64,000 nt of DNA, taken from assembly GCA_028534125.1 (NCBI GenBank), contig CM052817.1:105030001-105094000 (forward strand), written 5' to 3'. The stretch comes from Lama glama. Taxonomy: Eukaryota. The notes under the pieces are model-generated. The model was not told the DNA's origin and did not search any database. It saw nothing but the letters and a program-made list of their open reading frames with translations. This document shows, in pieces, positions 1 to 15,272 of this stretch. Position numbers and translations under genes: made by a program. Every line of letters starts with the position of its first letter. Positions within the stretch are counted from its first letter, which is position 1.

Positions 1-1827
1 AATAAGAACACATCAGTATATATCTTCGCCCTACTGTTGCCGCAGAATGCTTTTAAAAATTCACATTAGCTGTTTGTGAGTCTCTGTGCTATTTCAATAG
101 AATGAGAAACCTTATGGAATTAGTAATTACCTTATCAAGTAATTATGCTGCTTTCTTTGAATTCCCCAAGTCGTTTACATTACAAACCAGGAGGGAATAT
201 CTTTGTTTTGGAATTACTTGGCTTCCTAGAGGTTTAAAGAGCATCAGTTTGAGACCAAACAAGTGACTGAGCAACCCATAAAAGTCAAGCAGTTACTATA
301 AGGCACACCTGCATCAAACCTCACTAAGGAAGGTAAGAGACATCCTAACTCCTGAAGAGGCTGAAGAATGTGCTGGGAATTAAAGATACTCCTTGTAATA
401 CAGTGAAATTGATCAAGGTACTCATCAACTAAAATGCAAACACATTTAATATGATATATAAGATAACATCTAAAACATAGCATTTAGAACATATTCCTTA
501 AACATCTTTAGGATTTATATAATAATTTTCATAAGATTACACATCATAGGATCCAGGCATGATTTGTGTGGGATCTTCAATCTCAAGAAGTCTGTTTTCC
601 ACAGACAAATTTTCACCACCACATTCCTAAGCTGTCATTTAGCCTGTGCCTGAAAACCAACAGTAAGTAGTGATGAAATTCACCAGTTTCACATGTGGGG
701 AAGTCACCCTGAAAGTTCTTTCTCCTCCTCTCTTTCATAAACTTTCCAAAATACACATATACTTTTTTGGGTAAAATGACATTATTAAAATATTTACCCT
801 AAACTAGACAGACAATTTCAGGAAGGCAGAGCCATGTTAAGATTAGCTCGTACTGTACCCCTGATGGCCAACACAGTGCCTGGCACATAGTAGACATCCA
901 GGAAGCAGTCTATGAAATATCTGTTTATTTGCAAATTTGCCAGTTAGTCTTAATTTCAATTTTGAAAAATTTCAAAACAAGTCTCTCTATGGGGGTAGGA
1001 ATTTGGTTGATGGTATTATGGAAGAGACAGCTGATTTTTCTCTGTATTGTTTAGGATTAGGTTTTTCTTTGGTAAAAACCTTAAATAATAGTAGCATGCA
1101 AGAGACAAGTTAATTTCTGTCTCAAGAAGTACCCTGGCAGTGCCTAATCATGGGTACCTGCTGTCTCACCATTCCATCCTTACACCTCACAGAAACCATT
1201 ATGTGAGCTTCTCTTCCTAAATTCCTCCTGTGGACAAATTTATTTATACAAGCTTCAGCTACCCTGCTTATGTTGCAGCCACCAGAAAAGGGAAAAGAAT
1301 TATTTTTTCACTCCTTTAGTACTCGCTAAATTTTAGACAGAAACTTGAATGACAAGAGAAAGATTATATTCCCGGGTGTCCCTTGGAGCTGGATGTATCC
1401 ATGTGACTAAGTTTTGGCCAGTGAGATGTACATGAGGGTGATGTATGCAAATTCTGGGAATTTTCTGAAATAGACAATCATGCCGGTCTTACTTTCTTTC
1501 CCTCTTTTTGCTAGCTAGAATGATGACGTGAAGGCTGGAGCTGAATCAAATTTAGAGGCATCCATGGTCGCTTAACAGAAGAAACCTTAGTGTCTGATCA
1601 GTAGAAAAGAAGAAACCCAGTTCCATAGCACAGACCAGTACTGGGACCAACATCTCCAGAATTTACCACGAGAGAAAACTCAACTTCTTTGTGGTTTACA
1701 GAATTGAGGTTTTCTGTCTCTTGCAAATCAAAATCTAATTCAAACAAATAGACTATCATGTTCCTGGATCTCTCATTATTCCTCCTGGTAAAACATTCAT
1801 CATTTTTGTAAATGCCTCGTTTGCTTC

Positions 1828-1837
1828 GTATATATAT

Positions 1838-1870
<33 letters not shown>

Positions 1871-1960
1871 TACACATATATATATATGATGGGGATATTA
1901 TGCTGTATACCAGAAATTGACACATTGTAATTGACTATACTTAAAAAAAACCCAAAAAAC
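1828..1960 (+). mobile_element. L1 extreme 3' end with (TA)/(CA) microsatellite
   Basis: TGCTGTATACCAGAAATTGACACATTGTAATTGACTATACTT plus A tail; same 3' motif as other copies in the window. Confidence 0.8.
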
Positions 1961-4074
1961 TCTAATTGCATACCTTCTCTTTCAATATGATTTCATTGCA
2001 TCCAAAAATCATTATCCTATTATTCAGAACTGTTGCCATTTCAGATCAAGCTTTTATTTATGGCTTATGAGTCCTATTTCTGCATGACCTCTACCCCTTT
2101 CAACCTTCCCAAATATATCTCCCACCTTCCCAGATTTCCCATCAGCACAGTCTCTATTTCAGCCGCAACTTTCACAGACTATTCACTGTTTCTATCATCA
2201 CTCCTCATTTAAGATTGAAATTAATACCACAAATCCATGAAGATTCATCTAGTCTGATCTTTTCAGCAAGAACTGATCTGTCTCTTTGCTGACTCAGAAG
2301 GAAATTTATCTGCTTCTTCAGAAACGTATCACACTCTACCTCGCAGCCTAGACGTGTGGGGACGTGTCTGCATGAGCGTTTGTGTTCTCATCAGAGATTT
2401 AGTTCTGCACAACTCTAGCTGAGTGCCTTGCACAGAGACACACTCAGTAGATATTTTGGACAAAATAATAGTACTTAATATTATATCATTCTGACTACTC
2501 CCTTACTGTGTGGTGCATTTCCTTAAAACTTATGAATTAATTCTGCAATTTATTGGTGTGTTCAGTTGTTTATCCTGGTAACTGGTTTCAAGTTGCATCA
2601 TTGCTGTTACATAAGCAAGGATCGTGCCTTCCCCTATCAACTCATAAGGAGTATTTGTGTGAAAGAAGAAAGACTATGCTTTATGATAAAATAATTGTGC
2701 TCGAAATGCCAGTTATATGCTCTACCCACAGACCTCCTAAGGGAAACTTCCTAGATCTTGATGAAAAGGCAAACTGAAGTGACAAGATGTTTTTATCACA
2801 TTATCTAAAGCACGTTTCCAAATTTATAGGCAAATGTGTGTGTAATATATGAGAATTTCTTATCCTATAAACATATCTGTCTAATTTCCTTTCTTACCCA
2901 AGTTCATTTTTTTAAAGATATATTTATTGAGCCAGATACAGGCAATCTAACTGTGAACAACATAGCTGTGATCCTTGGCTTTCTAGAATCTGTTGTCTCT
3001 GAGGGTGGAAAGTATCTCTTAAAAAGACAATTACAATATCCTAACTTTCTGGCTAAGGAAGTTCTGAAGGTTGGTTCTATGAGAGCAGTTAAGGAGGCAA
3101 ATAATCCCAGCCTCTGAGATCAAGGAAGGCTTCCTGAAGAGCCTGTTTAAGATGTGACCCAGGAATGTTCCCACATGCTGATGAAAGTGACAGTGGCCCA
3201 TTAGAAGAGCAGAAAGAAGTTCAATGTAAATAGAATTTAATTTGTAATGAGGGGCAATAGAAATAAATGAAGTGGGAAAAGTAACCAGGGGTCCATGAAC
3301 AATTTCAAGAAGATTAACGCAAAGTTCAAGAAAATTAATACACTACTGTTCGGGTTTTTTTGTTGTTTACGTTTAAAAAACATTGTCTTTAATATATATA
3401 TATTATATATATATATATATTAATTTGCTTAGATAAACTACTTTCATAATTACTGAACCACTGAGTGGGTAACACTTTCCTCCTTTGATTGTCAGGGTCT
3501 ACAGGCAGGGGAATTAACTTCCAGCAGAAACTGACAGTTAGATATAATTTTAAAAATAGAGTTGGTATCAATTTAGAAAAGAAATAAATGGCATTATATT
3601 CTTCTTATTGCAGCCTAAATGTCTATCAAGTTATGTAAGCTTCAGTATGTCTTATAGGGCTATGCTTTGAACCTGAGTTCTTCATTAAAATGGACTTGAA
3701 TTCCAAAATTTAGCAGAGAGGTGATCAAAGGAGACATTGCAATGGGAGAAAATTATCCAAACAGAACTATTTTAATTGGAAAGATCTTGGAGTGTCAGCT
3801 AGCATCATGGCAATTAAAGCTGAAGGAGTGGCTTGTCTCGGAAGCACAACATGTTTTGATTAAGCTAACATCGAGGCTACACTCATTTATTTATCCCAGT
3901 GGCATCTCTGAAGCAGCTGCTACAAGCCAGGCACTATTCTGAGTATTGTGGATATGCAGCGGACATTTCTCTACATTTCCCTCAGTCTCAATTTTCCACC
4001 CCCAAACTTTCAAAATGACCTTTCAAAAAGGATGTTTCTCCATCTTTTCCTCTTATCAGTATCTTTAAAGCATA

Positions 4075-4310
4075 GTGGGAAGGGATAAATTGGGAGATCG
4101 AGATTTACAGATACTACCTACTGTATATAAAATAGATAAAAAACAGGTTTCTTTGTATAGCACAGGGAGCTATACTCAATACCTTGCAGTAACTTACGGT
4201 GAAAAAGAATGTAGAAAGAAATACAAGTAGGTACATGTAAGATTGAAACATCGTGCTGTACACCAGAAACTGACACATTGTAAACTGACTATATTTCAAT
4301 TTTAAAAAAA
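4075..4310 (+). mobile_element. 5'-truncated L1 3'UTR
   Basis: GGGAAGGGATAAATTGGGAG...TGCTGTACACCAGAAACTGACACATTGTAAACTGACTAT plus A tail. Confidence 0.88.
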
Positions 4311-7300
4311 GTCATGTGTATTATGTTTGTGAGTGTGTTATTATCTTTTACTTCAAACATGGGATTTTTAAAAAAAGACTTTGTGCACTTTATTATGAAA
4401 CGTGTAGATTTCCTAGAGAGGAAGATTTTAACTACCCAATGTTAGCAAATTTAATCTCCTTCCATTATAAAGCAAGTAACTTAAGTCTAGATCCTTAAGA
4501 ATTAATAAAATATCAAACCATATTTCAATAGTAGTTGATGTCCCTTGGAATAATGAGAAAATGCAGCCTATAATATCTCCCTTTTATCTTGACTTGGCTT
4601 TGCTAATTGGCTTTTAATTTAGGGCAGTGTTGTTTCACTATATGATGTTTATTATAATCAGTTCTTAACTTGAAATAAACCCTTTCAATCAGCATCTTAT
4701 TTCTCTGTCCTTTTTGCTCACTGAAGTGGCTAAACTGTATTGTATCTCAGTGATACACCCTCATTATATTTACAACCTTCCTGATTGATTATCGGCACCC
4801 ATGTAGCACCCTTTGCTCTGACAGACGCTGGGAAATTAGGTCTAACCCTTCTTCATACTTCCCCATTCATGCCCATGTATTTGAGCTAAGTCCTGGATGC
4901 TAGCAACTGAAGAAAGCATAATTTACCCATTTAATATTTATGTACTTGAAAATTTGTGATGACATTGAGTTCACTTCTAGTCACTCTAACTTGAACAAAA
5001 ATCAGACAAACATATTTAATATATTCTTCTCAAAACGTGTATTTTATGTTTCATGGGAAGACTGACTTTCTGTTTGGTAATACAATTGGGGCTTTGTTTT
5101 TAAATTTGGGAACAATTTGCCCTAAATATAGCCAATTTTCTTCCCAAGAGGCAATAGTAAGAACTCAACCGTTTTTATGAAATTCAATTCAAAAACTATT
5201 TCTTGAATGTCTACTCTGTGCCACACAGTGCCCTGGATCTTTGGAATGGAGCTGGTACAAAAGGGGTGGAAATTTGGAGGTCACTCTTCCAGCAGTGCAG
5301 TCTCCATTTCGTAAGGCAATGGCGTGAGATTTCTAGAATGCCATACTGAAAAACAGCTTGAGAATGACTCAGAGTATTTGCTTTATAAAATGTTTCTAAT
5401 TAGATTTTCTCAGCTCTTCTTCAGTCTGACAAATAGTTTTTGACAAATACCTGACAACTTTTTACTCTCAGCAACAAAGACATTGCACCGGGTCAATTTG
5501 ACCATGCGCTAAAAATGGATGTAGCGGGTACAATCCAATCTGCCAGCAGTAGTTTAGAAAATCACCAATAGAAGACAGTAGGTGTCATTAGGAAGGGTTA
5601 CAATAGCTCCCTAACTTGGTGAACAAAGCATTAAATATCCAACATAAAGCCTTCACACTGTATTTTGTGGGGATGAAAGAGGAACCATATCATCTAAGTT
5701 AGAGTTGGCCACTCTGGGCTAATTTCACTCCACAGCATTACTCTTAATGCAAACCTTTACAATCACCATCTGAAGCTCAAGGTGTCGAGCAGCCCAGAAA
5801 CGATCCTATAGCTTTAGAACTAGAAAAGACTTCAGAGGAATGTGTGTTCAATCTCATAATTTTACAGAGGATGACGCTGAGACAGAGGGATTATATGCTC
5901 ATTTTGCAGTCCTGGGCTACCCATTAGCAAATCTTTAGGTCAAATGTGCACATTCTAATCCTGGTGGCTTGCTCTTTCCATCAAGTTATGCAACATTCCT
6001 ATGTCTCCGTAAAGCATTGACCATAAAATATAATACATAACATTGTGCGATATATTTTCTATGTAAACTGATGGCAAAAATTTATCATTCTAGAGTGCAG
6101 CTCTCAGGCAGAGGATCATTTGGAATTCAGGAAGAAGGCAGCGCTTTGTGAGTTGTTTTTTTTTTTTAGGTTTGCATTGGCTGGGATTTGTGTTTGATTC
6201 TCTGTAATAGAGAACCCAAATAACAATGGCTTAATCAGGTGAGGGGCTGATATTCTCACATAACAAGGGAGTCTGCAAAAGGGAAGTCTAGTGCCGACAG
6301 CATCAATGATTTAGGTCCAATCTGTCTTTCTGCTCAACCATCCTTAGCATGTGGCTTTGTCCTCACACTTCTTACATAATGATTGTAAGTCAGTTGCTCC
6401 ATTTCCAGCGATGAGTTCTTATTCCAGGCAAGATGAACTGAAAAATCAAGGGTGAAATAGTCTTGCCCTGTTTTAAAGAGATTTCAGCAGCGTTTCATCT
6501 GACCATTGCATTCCATTGGTCAGGAGTTGATCACATGAGCCTCCCATGCACAAGAGTCTTTGGGAATAATTTCTTCATTGGTTGTTTTGTTGAGAGGTAT
6601 GAAAATATCTCCAGCATATTCTGCGGTTAAGAACAATTTACATTCTTACGCCCTGTGGAATGTCTTCCAATGGGCTGCCTTTTGAATGACAGAGTAATAA
6701 ATAAAACATACGTAACTGTCATGCATGACAATTACAATTAAAATGGGGGGAAAAAGGAAGAGGGGAATGGAGAAACCAAGTTGCATTTTTAAATAGACTC
6801 AATAATAGTCAAGGAACACTTCGTTGAACAGAGCTGTTTGTGTAGAGGTCTGAAGTATGAGGGGCCACCCCAGCAAACATTTGGAGAGAAGGATTCTGGG
6901 TAGAGACAGCAGCTGCCGCAGTGAACCACGCTTTAGAACTTTAGGGGACAAGGGGAAGAACAGAAAGTTAAGTGAAATAATGTCATTAAAGCAAAACAAA
7001 GTTTGCTCTACCATAATGTGATAGTTTCGTTCTTTTTTTAAAGTCATCTCATTTAAAATGATAATTATATATCTGAAAATTCACATTCTAAAACATTTTT
7101 CAGTGGAAAAACGAATCATAGGCAGAGTTTTAAATACGCAAAATTTTATTTCCTTTAGCAGGGAATTTTTTGTGATAAATTTGCAGCATAAACAATTTTG
7201 AGAGCACAACTGGATTCCAAAGCACTGCTAAGCAAGGTATAATAGGGACAAACTAAAGCAATTAGAATTGTTAAAACTATTTTTTAAAGTTGTTGATAAT

Positions 7301-7589
7301 TTATCTCAAGATTTCAGCACCTTCCTAAAGGGAGCAAATTCAGAAGCTTATCTGGATTTTTTCTCAAAATAGTCTTCACTGTTCTCATTTCCATCCCATG
7401 TACCCTGCCCTTTCCTTTGGGCAAGCATCTATCTCAATCGCCTTATTACAATGATAGCAGTGTGAAATGCACTGATTATCTCTAATTGTCCGTGACCACA
7501 CTTCTATGTGCATGTCTATATACATGTATCTTCAGACTGATGGTATTAGTCAGCTCTTCTCAAAGAGATTAAAAAGTGCCCCCTTCGTC

Positions 7590-7933
7590 AAAAAGTACAA
7601 ACTTCCAGTTGTAAACTAAATACGTACTGGGAATGTAAAATACACCACAGTGACCATAGTTAACACTGTTGTATGGTACCTTTGAAAATTGCTAAGAGTA
7701 AATCCTAAAAGTTCTCATCACAAGTTAAAAACATGGTTTTTGTTTTTGTTTTGTTTTTTTCATTTTGTTATCTATATGAGATGATGGATGTTAACTAAAC
7801 TTCTGTGGTGATCATTTTGCAATATATCAAGCTATTATGCTGTACACCTTGAAGTTATATGGTGTTGTGTGTCAATTTTATCTTAACAAAACTAAAATAG
7901 CAATAACAACAACAACAACAATAATAATAATAA
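7590..7933 (+). mobile_element. Older L1M 3'UTR with (CAA)n(TAA)n tail
   Basis: GTACAAACTTCCAGTT...AAAAGTTCTCATCACAAG...TGCTGTACACCTT. Confidence 0.75.
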
Positions 7934-9946
7934 AGTCCCTAGTTTTCTCAGTAGCTGAGAGGATTATTCTGGGTGTTGGCCTTTACAAATCCCAAATTGC
8001 CTAAAATGACAGTCTGGGTTTTGCAAGTTATAATGACCAGAAGGGGCCAAGTGAGGGCCCCTGAAATCCAGTCTTGGCCCCACCAGCTCTACTCTGGGCC
8101 CACCGTTATGGGACATTTTTTACTATTTTTCTTAAAGTCACTATGTGGATAGTTGGGTAACGGTAGACCGTGGTTGACCTCCAGAGGTCATTGACTTTAA
8201 TTTCTCAAGAACCACTTTCCCCATTTTGCTTTTAAAAATGACCGGGTAGATCAGAAAAACCCACCAACAGATTAATACTTTGCGTCTCTCAAACACAGGT
8301 CTGAATACAGGGACTAAGTCTATGAAGAGAGGTTTGAAAATTGCTCCGTGTCTTTCGGGAGTGAGCCTGTGACAGAGCCTCTGTTCTATGGCATTTGGCA
8401 CCCGAGGATAAGGACTCTACGCTGAAACTTTACAGATACTTTCTTAGCCAGTCTCTATATTCTAAACAGAGATTCGTAATTTTAGAGCAGATGGTCATGA
8501 TTTGAAAACAATGTGGAGTGATGCTTATTTCACCAGCACCAAAGTTGACCACCTAAACTGAAATTTAAACTTTTTCTAATAGCTTCTCTTTCTGCTCAAT
8601 TTGACACTTGGGCAAATGTTATTCATCTAGATTGAATACACTTGAGTTGAAGTCGTATCAGATCAACTGAGTAGCAGTTGGACCATCATCATCAAATGGA
8701 TCATTCTTGGAATAAAATGGATATCTAAGTGAAAACTGTATTAATGCCCTTATTTAAATTTTATAGTTACAATAAGCTAACCAAAAAGAAAACAAAACAA
8801 AACAAATTAAAACATAAAAAACCTTTATTATGAGTGCAGTGCAGGGCAAGATAACCGTCAGAAATGTCAAAACACTGACAAATAGAAGGCTTATAACTGC
8901 ACTTCTAGTACACAGTGGCAAAATGTCTCAAATTTCGGTTGTCCCATTCCAGAAACTTCTTTCACTTGAATAAGATATTGGATGCACCACTAAAATTTGC
9001 TTCGTAAAATTTGTATTTGACACAAAGAAATATATGGTATAGATAAGTTAGACTTTTTTAACTAAATTAAATATGTGATAGAAACAACAGATTTTGTAGA
9101 GTAGGATGAATAATCTTTCTTTTGGTGCAAAAGCACTGGCCAGATTCCATGAAAAATCAGTGTTCTACGAATTCCTTTGTGAGTTTCCTTGAAAACGTGT
9201 AATCATGTTAAAAAAAAACTTTTAAAGAATGATGATACATTTAGATCTCACTGTAATATAAAAATATATGTCATTTTAAATGGCTTTTGATTCTAGTAAG
9301 AAATGGAGAGAATTTATCCTCAAAAAAAAGAGATATAAGTCACATATTATAGAAAACATTACAAATAATTCTATAAGCTTCTAACTGCCTAATGGGCCCT
9401 TGAACATAGTACAATGATAGTAATGTGCACCACTTCATGTGAAATTACACATATTTAAATTTTTTTGATGTTTTATGTATAGAGCAGAGCTGTGAAAGTT
9501 TAAATAGAGACTTTGACATTTTGAGAACCCTTGAATGAAGTGACAGTATTTTTGACAGCTGCTTTCAACTGTTCGTAAATCACAGACTTGATTAAAACAA
9601 GTGAAAAGCACTCCACTACAACGAAGTGAAATGCAGTGAATCAACTTTCCTCAAACAGTCCGAGTCCTTGCTCCTTGCCAGGGCACTGTTGTCTCTGACA
9701 ACAGTGTTTGGGTTTGTTTTTTCAGTTACGATAGGGAATTTGGGCCAGTGTGTGTGAAATAAGAAAGGAGACATTTCAGAATTTCTTTTTCCTTGACTCT
9801 TGATTAGCCATCTGGTGTCAGCCTGGGAGATTCTGAAGGACTTAATTGGACCCAGCAGAAGGTAGGTTATCCAACCATCCCTCCACGTTTTTAGCAAGCA
9901 CTCACACTGTTCTTTGGGATGATCTATGGTCACATTTCCCATGTAT

Positions 9947-10160
9947 ACTTTTTTATTTAACTTTTTTAACATTTTTTATTGATTTATAATCGTTTTACAA
10001 TGTTGTGTCAAATTCCAGTGTACAGCACAATTTTTCAGTTATATATGAACATATATATATATATATATATTCACTGTCACTTTTTTTTCTCTGTGAGCTA
10101 CCATAAGGTCTTGTATATATTTCCCTGTGCTATACAGTATAATCTTGTTTATCTTTTTTA
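9947..10160 (-). mobile_element. 5'-truncated L1 3'UTR
   Basis: TTTACAATGTTGTGTCAAATTCCAGTGTACAGCA...TCCCTGTGCTATACAGTA. Confidence 0.85.
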
Positions 10161-10305
10161 CATACCTGGTCTCTGATTGAAAGATGCTATTAATATATGG
10201 AAGGAGGTACAATAAAACATTACTTTAAATATTAGTCCACAAGGGGCAATCATCCATATTTTTAGTGAAATATTACATGGAACTAGAGATGCTCAAACTA
10301 CATAC

Positions 10306-10572
10306 AGAGAAAGACAGATATCATATGATATCACTTATATGTGGAGTCTGAAAAATGACCCAAATGAACTTAGTTGCAAAACAGAAACAAATTCACAGAC
10401 ATAGAAAACAAACTTGAGGTTACCAAAGTTGAAAAGAGGGGGAGGGATAGATTAGGAGTTTGAGATTAATAGACACGCACTACTATATATAAAATAAATA
10501 AATAACAGGGACTTTGTGTATAGCACAAGGAACTATATCCAATATCTTATAATAACCTATGATGAAAAATAA

Positions 10573-10623
<51 letters not shown>

Positions 10624-10703
10624 GTATAAATAACTGAATCACTATGCTGTACACCAGAAACTAACACAACATTGTAAATCAACTATACTTCAACTTAAAA
10701 GAA
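10306..10703 (+). mobile_element. L1 3' end
   Basis: ATATGATATCACTTATATGTGGA...TGCTGTACACCAGAAACTAACACAACATTGTAAATCAACTATACTT. Confidence 0.88.
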
Positions 10704-12462
10704 ACGATAGGATCAGATCAGCAGTAGTGGTTGTAATACTGAAGGAAATGATTAAAATTAAGTGTACTTGGGAATGTTCTCTGCCTTCTTTCTGCTCTTC
10801 CTATTTGATTAATGTGATAAGATTCAGCCTAAATAGGTGCCCTAGTTTGTAAGGACAAATAGAAATATAAAGGAGGTGAGAAGTAAGACAAGGTGAAGGA
10901 ACTTGCTTAGGTGTGACTCAAATATAATCTCTTTACTCTAAAGAGTCAAAATGAGCTTATGCTTGAGTCCAGCCCAATACATGAATTTGGAGGCTATATA
11001 TATACATATATATATATACACACAAACAGATATAATATACATGAATTTGTGAAAATGTCCTCCATTTATATACATTTCTTCGTGGATGTAGGGAATGGGA
11101 TGGCAGTGCCGGCAGTAACTAGCTATTTGGATTGCTTAGAATCCTCATTTCAAAACTATTGTGATTTTGGACCCTGCTTTTATTTTTAATATACTAAAAT
11201 TTTACATCACATGAGCACAGCTTCATTGTATACATTCTAGGGGGTAGAAAAGCGATAGAAAGTTTTTGATTGTTCCTTAGGAATCACCGTGAATAAATAC
11301 CTTTGAGAGTAAGTAAATCATTGCCAAGGTTGAACACAAAACTAAAATGTATTTTATCATAATTTGGATGAAACCTTTCCATTATGGTACAGAGTATTTC
11401 TTTAAATTATATTTATGCAGACGTTGATGAATCCATTTCCTTTCTGGAGTCAATCTGGGTTTTTTTTTTTTCCTGAATGTGCAATTTAAATTAAGGCTGT
11501 CAGGAAATGTTGTCATGGTTACCTGCATCATGTTAGCATAAAATGAGAGAATTTTTGAAAATTTCCCTTCCAGTTGCTATTATCACTGCATTACTTGGAA
11601 AGCAATTATATCCTTTGGGGATAATAAGCATTTTACTACATCTACGTGGAGCTCATTTGTAACTCACTTGTAATGGAACTCCCTTTTCATTTTATTCCCT
11701 ACGGGGGACAGGATAATGAAAGAATGTTACAGAATCTGGGAGATGATTTGAATTTGGACTTTCCTTATAAAATAGGTACACATTGCTTATAATTTCCCTT
11801 CTCTGGGGTCTTTATTTTTGTTCTGCTTAGTATTTTTTGTTATTCTATCTCCAACAACAACAACAAAAAAGACAGGCTTCCCAGAGAAATAAATTCAAAT
11901 GCTTCTCAATCAATCCAAATCATCTTGTTCTTTGAACTACCTGGAAGTCTTTATTCAGTGTCCTGCTAGGTTTCAACCTCAAAGATGGATACTGTCTATA
12001 ATGTTCTGTCATTGCATGTGGTAGAGAGCCTTGGCTATTTCATAGTCAATCTCACAGGTAAAGATGTTGACTAGTAGATTCTGTTTGGATGAGTTTTGGG
12101 ACAATTTCTCTTTATTTGTGTGTTTTTAATACTTCCTCCAGCTTTGTCTGGAAACACTGACTTTTCACCCATGTTTACCATATTTCTTTTTATTCTAATA
12201 TGGAATGAAAACACTGCACTTTATACAAACTATAAACGTGATACTTCCCACAAGAGACTAACAGTACAGAACTTGCAGGTCTTCTCTTTGGCAAACTCAG
12301 ATTTTTTTAACATCATTATTGAGACATGGTTTCTGTACAGTAAACTACACATATTTCAAATATACAATTTGATGAATTTTGATAGATGTGTACACCAGTG
12401 AATCCACTACCACAATCAAGATAGCTCACATTTCCATCACTCCCCAAGAGTTGTTAAACTCA

Positions 12463-12635
12463 TTTTTTTTTTTATTGACATACAGGCAGTTACAATGTGT
12501 CAGTCTCTGGTGTGCAGCACAATGTCCCAGTCATGCATGTACATACATAGATTTGTTTTCATATTCTTTTTCATTAAAGGTTATTACAAGATATTGAATG
12601 TCATTCCCTGTGCTATAAAGAAGAAACTGCTTTTT
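12463..12635 (-). mobile_element. 5'-truncated L1 3'UTR (an older L1M fragment lies immediately left, about 12302-12447)
   Basis: Poly-T then TTACAATGTGTCAG..TCTGGTGTGCAGCACAATGTCCCAGT. Confidence 0.82.
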
Positions 12636-14725
12636 AACCTCACTCTTTTTCTGTGCGGCCCTGACCAGATGGAAGACTTCCTTCTCAAGGCGAGGTCTCC
12701 AGTGCAGACTTCTTTTCCTTCATTCACAGTACTGTGGGGGAAGAGCTCCCTACAACCAGAATTGCCATTGGGACAATGCCAGTGAAATGTCAGCTGATAA
12801 CGTGTGCCCTGTGTTCTCTCTGCTTCCAATTCCACAAAGCGAGAATATTACTCAGTAATCCTTGTGACATCGGTTTGGTGGAGACTTGGAGGATTTCACC
12901 CAGCCGATACCAGAATTAACACGATGATAAGCTGATGTTCACTTGCATGGCAGTGAGAAAGAACTCGCAAGTGCATCAACGCACCTTACACACCTCACCC
13001 CGGAAGCACTTAGAGCTGGTGTTTTCATTGTCTCCACTTTACATGGAGGGGAAACAAGGAATTAGAGGCAGGAAGTGACTGGACGACATACCCTTGGTAT
13101 CTGACCCCCACGGTGATGACAGATAAAACCCAAGCTTTTTCTGCCATACATCATGATTCCACCTCTTCAATCTCCATGCCCACACCTAGGAAAACAAATA
13201 CTTGTGCAAAGGATCCAAACTAGAATGAGAGACAATGAGAAAAGTCAGGTCTGTTTCCTTTTTATTTTCTCACTTTAGTTTTTCCCATTTAAAAAGTATT
13301 ATACTTTTATTGATTGTATTTCTGGGTGAATATTAAGACCTGAAATGTGCATTCATTGTGGTTTTCTGATTTTGTATGTTTCAAGTGCTATTCTGACCCT
13401 TATCTTCTCTATTTTAGAAAAATACCTGTTTGATAGTTTAGTTAAAATATCATTTTTTTTCTTTATGGCAAAAATCTCTTTGCTGACTTCACCTAATGTA
13501 GGAAAAGCCCGGATTGCTCCCAGAACAGTTGATGCTCAGAAGTCTGACAGGCAATTTCCTGGAATAGCCCAGCTCTGAGAGAGTGAGTGCACACAATATG
13601 CCAGAGGAAAACAACTGAATGGTGACAGGGAACAACTAAACATAGCATTAGAGTAAGTGGCTGAATTAGTGACAATCAATGGAAGTTTCCAGAAAATAGG
13701 TCTAGGCTTTTAGTGAGTGTCTGTGATCTAATTCTACTCAACGCAAATAATTGATTTTCCAGAAACTAATTTGAAGTTTCTCTACCCAATACTCACACAG
13801 AGAAATATTTACTCTAAACATTTTGGTGAATTTTGAAAGCAGTCTAATAATGAACTGAATTACCTTAATATAGCATAATGCTTAAAGTGTACATTTTCTG
13901 AGTCTGCATTATGCTACCATTAAAACATGCCATTAAAATAGTGGCTTTTCTCTACCTATCTTTTCTTGTAACATATACTGGAATTACACTTTTATTAGTG
14001 TTCATATTATTACAAAATTGGCTTCATGGTGTTCCTGTATTTTGAATGCTTTTTTCACTTAATGGGATATCAAACTCGAATCAGGACTCATATATACTTT
14101 TATCAACAATGTGTAAGAACTCATATTTTCCCATATCCTCGCTAAAATGGGACATCATGACATTTTAAATCATTTGAAATGTGGAACATGATCTTTATCA
14201 TTTAATTTGCAATTCTGAACTCTAGCGGTGGGGAGATTGGAATTGTGAGTTTGGAAGGTTGGGGAAGTCTTTTCCAAGGAAATGCTAACTGGCCTGACCT
14301 CTGAAGGAGGCAAGGGAGCGGATTCTTACAGAGTGAGAGTCCGAGGGGCACAGCACATGTCAGGGTCCAGAGAGGATGCTCGAGACCTGGGGCCGAGCCA
14401 GGAAGGGGCACGTAGTTAAGATGAGGCTGGCGAGGTGGGTGAAGACTGGGAAACACAGGGGTTTTTAGAATCGTGCTCTTCATCTGAGAACTATGACAGA
14501 CATGGACGAGTTGTATGCAGAAGGTCTGGGCATATTCAGGTTTGTTTGCTAAACATTTCATTCTCCTTGCAGTGACTGAGCACTGCCCTTCTCTCGGCTC
14601 CACTCACTGCCACCGCAGGAGAGAAGCTGTCACAGCTGTGTACACACACGCTCATACCCTAGACCTTGGCATGACCTTATACCTTGATCCCAACTCTCAC
14701 AATTTGGCATCCCTTCCTGTCCTTT

Positions 14726-15272
14726 TTTCAGGCAGTTAGACAAATGGGGGCAATGGGCAGATAAGGTGGAGGAGGAGGAGGGTCTGTAAGATGGCGGTGT
14801 GCCTGCCTTCAGCATAAAGGGCCTTTACTTCTTCTAAATGAGAGCCAGCAAGAAACTGGTTAGAACCTAACAGCCACAACTGTGCGGAAGTGACAAGGAC
14901 CTAACCCGACATGACCCAATGCTCATTGTGGTATAATTAACATTGTGGTTCAGGCGTCCCTCCCCCATGGGTTTTCTGTGTGCATCATGGGTAAGGACAT
15001 GCACAAATGGGGACAAACATGACTAAGCACTCCAGGGGCAAGAGCCGTCAATCAATCAAGAGACCACCTCTAAGCGAGGGTGTGAGACAGGGCACTAGGA
15101 AATACCCGGGCTGCCATCTGCTCTTGGATCAGCCTGCCTCCCCCCTTTGGAGGTGTGCTTTCACTTATCTAACAAAATCCTTAAAGTCTTTCACTACACA
15201 GTGTTTTTGTCTCCCATTTGAATTCTCTTTAGGGCAAGTCAAGAATCTAGGCCTTTCCCTTTTGGGGTAACA
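14726..15272 (+). mobile_element. ERV1-type solo LTR, 547 bp
   Basis: Ends GGTAACA; 4-bp TSD CTTT (14722-14725, 15273-15276); decayed start TTTCAGGCAGTTAGACA. Confidence 0.72.
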